A stretch of 64,000 nucleotides of DNA from Dehalococcoidia bacterium. Its GTDB lineage: Bacteria; Chloroflexota; Dehalococcoidia; GIF9; AB-539-J10. The DNA lies in NCBI GenBank assembly GCA_030611085.1, contig JAUWQI010000001.1:32390-96389 (forward strand), read 5' to 3'. Position 1 is the stretch's first letter; the number at the start of each line of letters is the position of its first letter. The notes beneath the pieces are model-generated. The model was not told where the DNA came from. It ran no database searches and was given only the letters and a program-made list of their open reading frames with translations. This document shows, in pieces, positions 56,031-64,000 of this stretch. The position numbers and the translations under genes were made by a program.

Positions 56031-57346
56031 AAGCTATTTTTCTCTGTGGAGGTAGTGGTAAGAGAATGTTTCCCATCACTGAGGATAAATTCCTCCTCGA
56101 TTTTCTAGGAAAGTCTTTGCTCCAGCGCCAGATAGAAATAGCCCAGGAAGCTGGACTGAAGCACTTTGTCATCATCGGAAATCCAAGCAATATGGAGAAA
56201 GTAGAGCGAATAGCTAAGAGCATTTTTGGTGCCAGGTTTGAGTTTGCTCTCCAGGAAAAGCCATTGGGTATCGCTGATGCCTTGAGGAGTGCCTCGCCTT
56301 TTCTTCAAGGGCAGGTTTTAGTAGTAAATCCCAATGATGTCTTCTCCGTCTCAGCATACACTAAAATCATCGCAGAGGCTAAAAAAGCCCCTGCTTCATC
56401 CTACGTGCTGGGCTACCAGGTCGAGGAATATTTTCCTGGAGGCTATCTTGAGGTGAATTCTCAAGGTGAACTGCAGCATATTGTAGAAAAGCCTAAGCCT
56501 GGCGAGGAGCCCAGCAACTTAGTGAATATCCTGACACATCTTCATAATGACCCTAAAAAACTCCTGCAATATATTGGAAGCGTTCAAACTATCAGGGATG
56601 ATGTTTATGAATGTGCTCTGGATAATATGGTGAAGGAAGGATACAAGGTCAAGGTGATTCCCTATAGTAATTTTTGGGCACCGATAAAATATCCCTGGCA
56701 TATCTTCAAAGTGGTGGAATATTTCCTGGATAGTGCTGAGCCTTATATATCTCCTACAGCGCATATTTCTGAGAAAGCAACTATTGAGGGGAAAGTTATC
56801 TTAGGGGACAATGTTAAGGTGTTGGAGAACGCCGTGATTCGGGGCCCAGTGTATATTGGGGCGAACTCTATAATTGGCAATAATGCCCTAGTGCGGGATT
56901 ATAGCCATATTGGTGCTAACTCGGTTGTAGGCTACTCCACAGAGATAAAACATTCTTACATTGGCGATAATTGCTGGTTTCACTCTAATTATATTGGCGA
57001 CTCTGTAATAGATGGTGATTGCTCCTTCGGCAGTGGTGCTATAACAGCTAATTTTCGTCTGGATGAAGAAAATGTCTGTGTAGAAGTCAGTAGTAGCAAA
57101 GTAGATACTGGGCGTGATAAACTTGGCGCCATTGTGGGTGAAGGTTGCCGCATTGGAATAAATGCCAGTCTCATGCCTGGAGTTCGAGTTGGCTCTAACT
57201 CCTTTGTGGGGCCCCAGGTATGTTTGCGCCGAGATCTGGAGGCAAATAAAATGGCTCTGCTTGAACCTCAATATCAAATATGGAACAATGAAACAAGGCT
57301 AGCCCAAGGCAAAAGACAAGAACTATTGCAGAGGTTATCGGATTAA
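56027..57346 (+). CDS. Archaeal-type bifunctional sugar-1-P nucleotidylyltransferase/acetyltransferase (GlmU-like)
   Basis: GGSGKRMFP, IVEKP, YPW, hexapeptide C-terminus with YIGDSVI, ANFRLD and KLGAIVG. Confidence 0.88.
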   Translation: MKAIFLCGGSGKRMFPITEDKFLLDFLGKSLLQRQIEIAQEAGLKHFVIIGNPSNMEKVERIAKSIFGARFEFALQEKPLGIADALRSASPFLQGQVLVVNPNDVFSVSAYTKIIAEAKKAPASSYVLGYQVEEYFPGGYLEVNSQGELQHIVEKPKPGEEPSNLVNILTHLHNDPKKLLQYIGSVQTIRDDVYECALDNMVKEGYKVKVIPYSNFWAPIKYPWHIFKVVEYFLDSAEPYISPTAHISEKATIEGKVILGDNVKVLENAVIRGPVYIGANSIIGNNALVRDYSHIGANSVVGYSTEIKHSYIGDNCWFHSNYIGDSVIDGDCSFGSGAITANFRLDEENVCVEVSSSKVDTGRDKLGAIVGEGCRIGINASLMPGVRVGSNSFVGPQVCLRRDLEANKMALLEPQYQIWNNETRLAQGKRQELLQRLSD

Positions 57347-57347
57347 G

Positions 57348-59123
57348 ATGTGCGGTATTATTGGCTATTGTGGCAACAAACCAGCAGCCCCGGTTGTCCT
57401 TGAGGGGCTGAAATGCCTGGAATATCGTGGCTATGATTCGGTAGGTGTAGCTATCCTATGCGATGCGCAATTGCTAATAAGAAAGGATGCTGGCAAAATT
57501 GAAGAAGTCAGTGAAAAGCATGGCTTGGATTCACTCCCCGGCAATATCGCCATCGGACATACTCGCTGGGCAACTCATGGCAGTGTTACCCAAGCTAATG
57601 CTCACCCCCACTCGGACTGCAGCGGTAGAATAGCTGTAGTCCACAATGGCATTATTGAGAACTATCAAGAGCTTCGCCAGGAACTTATTAGCCAGGGACA
57701 CCGCTTTAGCTCGGAAACAGATAGTGAGGTCATCCCGCATCTTCTCGAAGATGAACTTAAAAGTGGATGCTCCTTAGAAGAGGCTGTCTTAGCTATAGCT
57801 CCGAAACTTGAGGGTTCTTATGCCTTCCTGGTTCTCTCCCGTGATGACTCAGGCAAGATTGTGGGCACAAGGAAAAATAATCCCCTGGTTATTGGTGCTG
57901 ATGGCCATGCCTATTATGTTAGTAGTGATGCCCTGGCTTTCTCCCAATATACCAATCAGGTAATAACTTTGAGGGATACCGAGGTGGTGATATTAACATC
58001 GGACAAAATTGAATTTCTCGATGCTGCGGGAAATAGGTTGACCAAGCAATCCGAAGAGCTCGACAGTAGTTGGGCAGGTAATCATAAAGATGGCTACCCA
58101 TTTTTTATGCTCAAGGAGATAATGGAACAACCCCAGGTGCTGAGCAAAACAGCTTATCAAGATGAGAGAAAATTCACCGATATCGCCTTGGATATCTTGA
58201 GAGCCAGGCAAGTAATCATAACCGCTTGTGGCACCTCCCGCTATGCCTCTCTGGTAGGCAGATATCTTTTTTCCAAAGTGGGCAAGAAGTTTTGTGATGT
58301 GGTCATGGCCTCTGAGTTCGGTTACTTCGCTGATTCTGTGGATAAAAACACCTTGGTTATAGCCGTGTCCCAGAGTGGCGAGACCGCTGATGTAATTGAA
58401 GGAGTAAAGGCGGCTAGAGATGCTGGCGCTGAAATTGTCTCTATTGTCAACCGACCTAACTCTATACTGGCTGACCTGAGTCACCAAGTTATTCCCCTCA
58501 ATTGCGGTCCCGAGATAGGGGTAGCGGCTACCAAGACTTTCCTATCTCAACTAGCCGTGTTTTATCTATTATCTTTCTCTATGGTCAACTCTTTTGATAA
58601 GGCTTGCATTCAACTCAGCGACATGAGCAGCAAGATAACTGAAGCCTTAAATTGCAACAACGATGGGCTCATTAAGCTCAGCCAAGAGCTGAAGGATAAA
58701 AATAACTTCTATTACATCGCCCGAGGAATTAACTTTGCCATTGCCTCTGAAGGTGCCTTGAAGCTTAAAGAGATTTCCTATATCCATGCTGAAGGAATGC
58801 CCGCTGGGGAGCTCAAGCATGGCACTTTAGCTCTCATAGAACAAGATACACCAGTGGTGGTGATTTGTCCTGCTGATTATGCCTATAGTGAAACTCTAAG
58901 CAATGCCATAGAGGCGAAGTCTCGTGGAGCTTATATCATCGCTGTTTCTGACAAAGAAAGCGACATCTATGACTTCTGGATCAAAATTCCCGAAGTTGAT
59001 GAGCTTTTGTACCCCATGGTCGCTGTAGTTCCTTTGCAGCTCCTGGCTTATTACATGGCGGTCAGTCGTGGGTACGACCCTGACAAGCCCCGCAATTTAG
59101 CCAAGTCAGTTACCGTAAAGTAA
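57348..59123 (+). CDS. glmS: Glutamine--fructose-6-phosphate aminotransferase
   Basis: MCGIIG, LEYRGYDS, HTRWATHG, SQSGETAD, PRNLAKSVTV. Confidence 0.97.
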   Translation: MCGIIGYCGNKPAAPVVLEGLKCLEYRGYDSVGVAILCDAQLLIRKDAGKIEEVSEKHGLDSLPGNIAIGHTRWATHGSVTQANAHPHSDCSGRIAVVHNGIIENYQELRQELISQGHRFSSETDSEVIPHLLEDELKSGCSLEEAVLAIAPKLEGSYAFLVLSRDDSGKIVGTRKNNPLVIGADGHAYYVSSDALAFSQYTNQVITLRDTEVVILTSDKIEFLDAAGNRLTKQSEELDSSWAGNHKDGYPFFMLKEIMEQPQVLSKTAYQDERKFTDIALDILRARQVIITACGTSRYASLVGRYLFSKVGKKFCDVVMASEFGYFADSVDKNTLVIAVSQSGETADVIEGVKAARDAGAEIVSIVNRPNSILADLSHQVIPLNCGPEIGVAATKTFLSQLAVFYLLSFSMVNSFDKACIQLSDMSSKITEALNCNNDGLIKLSQELKDKNNFYYIARGINFAIASEGALKLKEISYIHAEGMPAGELKHGTLALIEQDTPVVVICPADYAYSETLSNAIEAKSRGAYIIAVSDKESDIYDFWIKIPEVDELLYPMVAVVPLQLLAYYMAVSRGYDPDKPRNLAKSVTVK

Positions 59124-59152
59124 TCCAGGCATCAAAAAGCCTTGTTATTAAA

Positions 59153-60400
59153 ATGCTTTCAAATCTTTTGGGACTCGTTACTCGATATAAGGGAAGGAAA
59201 TTTCTCAAGCTCAACGAAGAAATCGATGAATCGAAGGTTGTAGGGTTTGGTTCGGGTGGCGAGGAAATTGCGCTTTACATCCACATCCCATTTTGCAGAA
59301 GCCTCTGCCCCTATTGTTGCTTTAACAGATACCTGTTTAATGAGAATAAAGCGAGGAAATACTTTAACAATCTCAAAAGAGAGCTTGACCTTTACATTCG
59401 GCGAGGGTTCAAATTCTCAACATTTTATTTTGGCGGCGGAACCCCAACTGTGTTAATGGATGAGTTACTGGCATTCATAGATTACCTCAAGAAAAACTTC
59501 GAGGTGAGGCAAATTTCTGTGGAAACTACAGCTCGTGAAGTAACTGAGGAAAATGTGAAGCTCCTAAAGGACGCTGGAGTCAATAGGCTGTCCATCGGGG
59601 TGCAGAGCTTCCATGACAGCATATTAAAGGCAATGGGAAGGTCATTTTGTGGTGGCGAGGAGATAAAGGAGAAGGTTCTAGTTGCTAAGGGTAAATTCGA
59701 TACCCTTAACCTCGACTTTATATTTAATTTTCCTTCCCAGACTGTGGAGCAATTTGAAGTCGACTTGGAGATTTTCACAAGCCTGGGTGTAGAGCAAGCT
59801 ACCTTTTATCCCTTGATGCCTTCCCCACATAAGAGGAATGCTCTGGAACGGAGATTCAACAAGGTGGACACATCGCGAGAAGAGAGATTTTACCAAGTTA
59901 TTGTGAAGGAGCTTGCCACTAATGGCTACAACCCTTCCACTGTCTGGTGTTTTTCCCGAGGCGAAAGGATGATAGATGAGTATGTAGTTGACTTCGATGA
60001 CTATATTGGCATAGGATGCGGGTCGGTAAGTCTCTTCAGAGGAAACTTCTATGCTAATTCATTTTCCCTGGACAGGTACGAGGAATTTCTAGCCCAGGGT
60101 AAGCTCCCCATAATTCGGTGGAGAGGGCTATCTGAGCATGAATTGCTTTATTATTATCTCTTGTCAAAGCTATTTGGGATGAGAATAGACACGGGGAAGT
60201 TCCATCACAAGTTTAATGCCGACATATATAAAAAGTTGAGGAAGGAGCTATTATTCCTCAAGTTTTTTGGCTTGATTCAGGAAGAGGATGGGGGAATAGC
60301 TTTAACACAAAAGGGGATGTACCCGGTGAATGTGATGACGAGGGAATTTTTCTCCTCTTTGAATGGTTTAAGGGAATACTGCATCGAGAATCAGATTTAG
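59153..60400 (+). CDS. HemN-like class C radical SAM protein, probable menaquinone methyltransferase (MenK/MqnK-like)
   Basis: YIHIPFCRSLCPYC, GGGTPT, QATFYPLM, MIDEY; convergent with menA/menG. Confidence 0.7.
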   Translation: MLSNLLGLVTRYKGRKFLKLNEEIDESKVVGFGSGGEEIALYIHIPFCRSLCPYCCFNRYLFNENKARKYFNNLKRELDLYIRRGFKFSTFYFGGGTPTVLMDELLAFIDYLKKNFEVRQISVETTAREVTEENVKLLKDAGVNRLSIGVQSFHDSILKAMGRSFCGGEEIKEKVLVAKGKFDTLNLDFIFNFPSQTVEQFEVDLEIFTSLGVEQATFYPLMPSPHKRNALERRFNKVDTSREERFYQVIVKELATNGYNPSTVWCFSRGERMIDEYVVDFDDYIGIGCGSVSLFRGNFYANSFSLDRYEEFLAQGKLPIIRWRGLSEHELLYYYLLSKLFGMRIDTGKFHHKFNADIYKKLRKELLFLKFFGLIQEEDGGIALTQKGMYPVNVMTREFFSSLNGLREYCIENQI

Positions 60401-60403
60401 ATT

Positions 60404-61315
60404 CTAACCTATAAACCCTGCCAGAATATAGCCTACACCTAAGAGCAATTGAGTTAGAAGCACTGCCAAGACATTATTGCTCATAGCTGGCACTAGCTCA
60501 TTTATCTCTTCTCGATGCTTTAGCGTACCCCGAATAGCCTTTATGGCAAAGGGGAGCGTTAGCAAAGCTATTAAGGAAAAGACTGGCATTAGTCCCAACA
60601 CTACAGCGCCAACTATCCAGAGATAGGCTACCACAGTCAGAACTGAATAAGTCACACTGGCTCTTGCCTTGCCCATAACAATGGGCAAGGTTTTTCTGCC
60701 GCCTTTCTTATCGGCTTCGGTATCGGGAAATTCATTCAATAGGAGCAGATTATGCACCAGAATGCCAGAGGGTATAGACGCTATAATTGCAGGGAGAGTG
60801 TAAGTAGCGGTCTGAACGAAGTAGAATCCAAGAACGGGTAAAGCCCCCATCCCCACTCCGGGAGCCCACTCAGTCCATCCCAGCCTGGTTAAGAAGGGTG
60901 TATAAAGAAGAATACATATTGCGCCTACCAGAAGTAGAGGCAGCAGAAGCCAGCCTCTGGTAATAACAAAATAAACTCCTATTGGTATAGCCAATAGGAA
61001 GGAAATCAGCCCGAACCAGAAGACCTGCGTTGGCTTAAGCCGAGCTGGAGGGAGGATGCCACTGCCCCCGCTAAAGGGAGTTCTTTTAACCTCCATATCT
61101 ATCCCGCTTTTATAGTCAAAGTAATCATTAAGCACATTTACGCTGATGTGGCACAAAAGTAACCCAATGAAAGCCAATAAAGCGTAGCCAAGGTAAAATT
61201 CACCATCATAAGTTCTTGCTTCTTTCCAGGCTATTGAGGTACCCAGGAATGCCAGCACAACAGAAAGAAGCAAGAACTGGGGTCTGGTCTCTAAGAACCA
61301 TGTTTTTAGCTTCAT
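60404..61315 (-). CDS. menA: UbiA-family prenyltransferase (MenA-like)
   Basis: ETRPQFL, NDYFDYKSGID, GGSG, NEFPDTEADKKGGRKTL; start reassigned to ATG 61315 (AAGGAG RBS). Confidence 0.8.
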   Translation of the reverse strand: MKLKTWFLETRPQFLLLSVVLAFLGTSIAWKEARTYDGEFYLGYALLAFIGLLLCHISVNVLNDYFDYKSGIDMEVKRTPFSGGSGILPPARLKPTQVFWFGLISFLLAIPIGVYFVITRGWLLLPLLLVGAICILLYTPFLTRLGWTEWAPGVGMGALPVLGFYFVQTATYTLPAIIASIPSGILVHNLLLLNEFPDTEADKKGGRKTLPIVMGKARASVTYSVLTVVAYLWIVGAVVLGLMPVFSLIALLTLPFAIKAIRGTLKHREEINELVPAMSNNVLAVLLTQLLLGVGYILAGFIG

Positions 61316-61353
61316 CGGGTCTCTCCTTTTTCCTGTTTTTTCTGCCTTTAGGC

Positions 61354-62172
61354 TCAGTTTTCCCCACAAACGAGACAATTCATCACTTGCCCATTGTCTT
61401 CTGTGTGATCTTTGCTCCGGCAATAATTGGGTGTTGCGCTCTTGATTGCGACATAAGTTGTGGCCATTCCGAGAGTGAGGGGATAAGCTATAACATTCCC
61501 CAACCCTACCCTTTCCATAACCTGTTTCAATGCGGAGGGACTGTAAAATTCTACGATTGACTTTGGAAGATAAGCATAGGCTTCCTTATTCCTTGATATA
61601 ACCTGCCCGAGAAAGGGTAGAATATGGAAAATGTAGAAATAATAAATCCGCCTGAATATCTTGTGCTGAGGTCGGCTGAACTCAAGGCAAAGCATCTTCC
61701 CTCCTATCTTTAGCACCCTGGTCATTTCTCGAAGTGTTTGTTCCACCTCGGACACATTCCTCAAGGCAAAGCCAATGCTAACGCAGTCAAAGGTATCGTC
61801 GGGAAAAGGAAGAGCTTCCGCTTTAGCGCAAATAAGCTCCATATTGTGGCACCGCCTTTTCGCTAGCTTGCCTTGAGCTCTGCGCAGCATCTCTTTAGAA
61901 AAATCAACCCCGATAACTTTACCCTCTCTACCAATTTTGCTAGCTAATTCCAAGACCAGAGCACCGGTTCCGGTAGCTACATCGAGAACCTGCCCTCCAG
62001 CCCCAGGTTCAACTTTGGAAACGGCAAATCTCCTCCAATATTTATCCCTATTAAAGCTGAGCAAACTATTAAGGAAATCATAATTATTGGCTATGGAAGA
62101 GAATATCTTGTGAATATATGTTTCCTTGCTTGCTACCCAACTCCTGTTGTTTACTGCTTTATGAGTGAACAT
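61354..62172 (-). CDS. menG: Demethylmenaquinone methyltransferase (UbiE/MenG)
   Basis: IFSSIA..YD..N..LS, LDVATGTG, FALRNV, YAYL..SI. Confidence 0.9.
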   Translation of the reverse strand: MFTHKAVNNRSWVASKETYIHKIFSSIANNYDFLNSLLSFNRDKYWRRFAVSKVEPGAGGQVLDVATGTGALVLELASKIGREGKVIGVDFSKEMLRRAQGKLAKRRCHNMELICAKAEALPFPDDTFDCVSIGFALRNVSEVEQTLREMTRVLKIGGKMLCLEFSRPQHKIFRRIYYFYIFHILPFLGQVISRNKEAYAYLPKSIVEFYSPSALKQVMERVGLGNVIAYPLTLGMATTYVAIKSATPNYCRSKDHTEDNGQVMNCLVCGEN

Positions 62173-62248
62173 GGCAAGTAAGCAAAATTATACCCATAAT
62201 GTATGGCTGTCAAGTTTCCTTGAGGAAAAGGTTGTTTAGCAACTCGAC

Positions 62249-62305
62249 TGTCATTCTGAGCAAAGCGAAGAATCTCCAGACCCTTCGCTATCGCTCAGGG
62301 TGACA
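62249..62305. repeat. Family-A palindromic element
   Basis: TGTCATTCTGAGCAAAGCGAAGAATCT..AGACCCTTCGCTATCGCTCAGGGTGACA. Confidence 0.9.
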
Positions 62306-62350
62306 AAGTAAGCGACCTTATTGAAAAGCTAGAGAGCTTTAGCTTATAAT

Positions 62351-62926
62351 GTGCCAATGCGAAGTTATAGCTCCGTTAATTTAAATGCCCTTTGGTTCTT
62401 AATAGCAGCGAATGTTTTAATCTTTATAGTTACCCTGATAAGACCAGAAGCAATCTATTTTCTTGGCTTAACACCCGCGATTCTCTTACACCAACCCTGG
62501 ACTATGATAACTAACCTCTTTGTCCACGCGGGCTTTGGCCACATCATATGCAATATGATAAGCCTGTATTTTCTGGGAAGCTTCGTGCTCAGACTAATCG
62601 GGGAAGGAAGGTTTCTATTAACATATTTCCTTGGAGGAATAGTGGGGAATATACTTTTTATATTTCTTGCTCCCTCCCTTTCAACGGGTATAGGAGCTTC
62701 AGGAGCTATTTTCGCCCTTGGTGGAGCCCTGGCAATGATAGCTCCAAAGTTGCGAGTTCTTCTATTCCCTATTCCCATCCCAGTTCCACTTTGGGTAGCA
62801 ATTATAATCTTCTTTATAATTTCCTTCTTCCCGGGTGTAGCATGGCAAGCTCATCTTGGAGGTTTGGGTTTAGGTCTCCTGGCTGGCTACTTCTTTAGGA
62901 GAAAAAGGCGACCCTATTATTTTTAG
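62351..62926 (+). CDS. Rhomboid intramembrane serine protease
   Basis: PWT...FVH...HI..NM, GASGA, AHLGG. Confidence 0.92.
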   Translation: MPMRSYSSVNLNALWFLIAANVLIFIVTLIRPEAIYFLGLTPAILLHQPWTMITNLFVHAGFGHIICNMISLYFLGSFVLRLIGEGRFLLTYFLGGIVGNILFIFLAPSLSTGIGASGAIFALGGALAMIAPKLRVLLFPIPIPVPLWVAIIIFFIISFFPGVAWQAHLGGLGLGLLAGYFFRRKRRPYYF

Positions 62927-63097
62927 ATGAGGCATGTAGAGACGTAGTTGCCCAATTTATTGGGCGATACTGCCTGATAAATCAGGCAACTACTACAAAG
63001 AACGGGGTGAAGCTTATTATTTTTAGATGGGGTGTGTAGAGGCGTAGTTGCCCAATCTACTGGGCGATACTGCCTGATAAATCAGGCAACTACTACA
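62915..63097. repeat. Tandem 83-bp duplication (period 100) containing family-B REP doublets
   Basis: 62915-62997 versus 63015-63097, near-identical. Confidence 0.9.
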
Positions 63098-63146
63098 GAA
63101 ATTTGGATGAGGAATCAGAATTAAACAGCCGTTAAATCTCTGCAAG

Positions 63147-63926
63147 ATGGAAGTTAAAGATATTTGTTTACAAAGCGACGGACTTGAGATTGCTGGAGAG
63201 CTTTATATTCCCTCAAAGAATAGACCTTATCCTGCTTTATGCATCTGTCATGGCATTCCTGCCGTTCCTTACAATCCTGATGACAAGGGTTATGCCTCAC
63301 TAGCGCAAAGATTTTGTGCTGCTGGCTTTCTCACCTTGATATTCAACTTCCGTGGTACAGGGAAAAGCCAGGGAAATCTAGATTTGTTAGGCTGGAGCCA
63401 AGATTTGCAAGCTGCACTCGATTTCCTCTATAGCTTTGAAGGGATAGACAAAACACACCTTTGCCTTCTTGGCTCTAGTGGCGGAGCAGCAGTCAGTGTT
63501 TACGCCGCAGCCCATGACTCCAGAGTAACGGCGCTGGCAACTTGTGCCTGCCCCGCCGATTTTGGTTTTCTGGGAAGTAAAGAACAGGCTGTCTCTAACA
63601 TACAACACTTCCGAGACATTGGAGTTATCAGAGACAGGGATTTCCCGCCTTCAGTTGAAGAGTGGCTAAAGGGGTTTGAAACCATTTCTCCAATTCGCTG
63701 GATAGAAAAAGTTTCCCCTCGTCCACTGCTCTTGGTTCATGGAGACGCTGACGAAGTCGTGCCTCTGGAGCATGCACATATGCTTTACCAAAAAGCCCAA
63801 GAGCCTAAAGAGCTGGCTATAATCCCCGGTGCCTCGCACAGGCTACGATTGGAAGAAGCAGCGATGACTACTGTGTTAGATTGGCTAAAGGCTAGAGTTT
63901 CAACACCAATGAATATACGGACTTGA
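63147..63926 (+). CDS. Alpha/beta hydrolase
   Basis: CHG, NFRGTGKSQG, GSSGG nucleophile elbow, HGDADEVVP, GASH. Confidence 0.9.
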   Translation: MEVKDICLQSDGLEIAGELYIPSKNRPYPALCICHGIPAVPYNPDDKGYASLAQRFCAAGFLTLIFNFRGTGKSQGNLDLLGWSQDLQAALDFLYSFEGIDKTHLCLLGSSGGAAVSVYAAAHDSRVTALATCACPADFGFLGSKEQAVSNIQHFRDIGVIRDRDFPPSVEEWLKGFETISPIRWIEKVSPRPLLLVHGDADEVVPLEHAHMLYQKAQEPKELAIIPGASHRLRLEEAAMTTVLDWLKARVSTPMNIRT

Positions 63927-63952
63927 CAATTTTAGCCCGGACTTTCTATAAT
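63923..63952 (+). promoter_or_regulatory. Consensus sigma70 promoter for a gene beyond the window
   Basis: TTGACA-18nt-TATAAT. Confidence 0.7.
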
Positions 63953-64000
63953 TCAATAAATTCAAGTTTGCCTCGCATCTTTAAGATTAGCCCACAAGAT

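Noticed and set aside
62915-63097. CRISPR array
   Set aside because: Only two long copies made of REP palindromes, no unique spacers and no cas genes

Overview
Bacterial chromosomal window whose gene content suggests Chloroflexota/Dehalococcoidia (inferred; not verifiable here). The backbone is housekeeping: truB, hisA/hisI, rpmE-rpmA-rplU, speB/speD, thiC, argS, recG, degV/fakA, rpmB, rpe, argH, dnaN, nadABC, yajC, miaB, pdxS, tmk, mnmA, rnhB, glmM-glmU-glmS and menA/menG with a MenK-like radical SAM gene. Two things stand out. (1) An accessory island (~17.5-27.7 kb) next to a tyrosine recombinase and a MazEF pair carries a 14-gene minus-strand cluster. It opens with five paralogous ~60-aa helix+beta-hairpin proteins with a weak GvpA-like pattern; one is missing from the ORF track and one is fused to a RadA-type HhH domain but keeps its own RBS. 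These are followed by LEA_2, Zn-ribbon, phasin-like, ABC1/UbiB kinase, HPD-less tandem J-domain, TRASH-like, START/SRPBCC and ICMT/PEMT-type genes, making a candidate undescribed shell/lipid-body system. (2) At least four families of short palindromic repeats are abundant. They fill spacers, lie in frame inside six genes (11 insertions, including recG, argS, miaB and mnmA), supply stop codons, occur inside MITE-like units with 6-bp target duplications, and frameshift nadB through a 7-bp tract in which loss of one unit restores the frame. No rRNA, tRNA or CRISPR array was recognised. Family assignments come from motif recognition by eye, not database searches.
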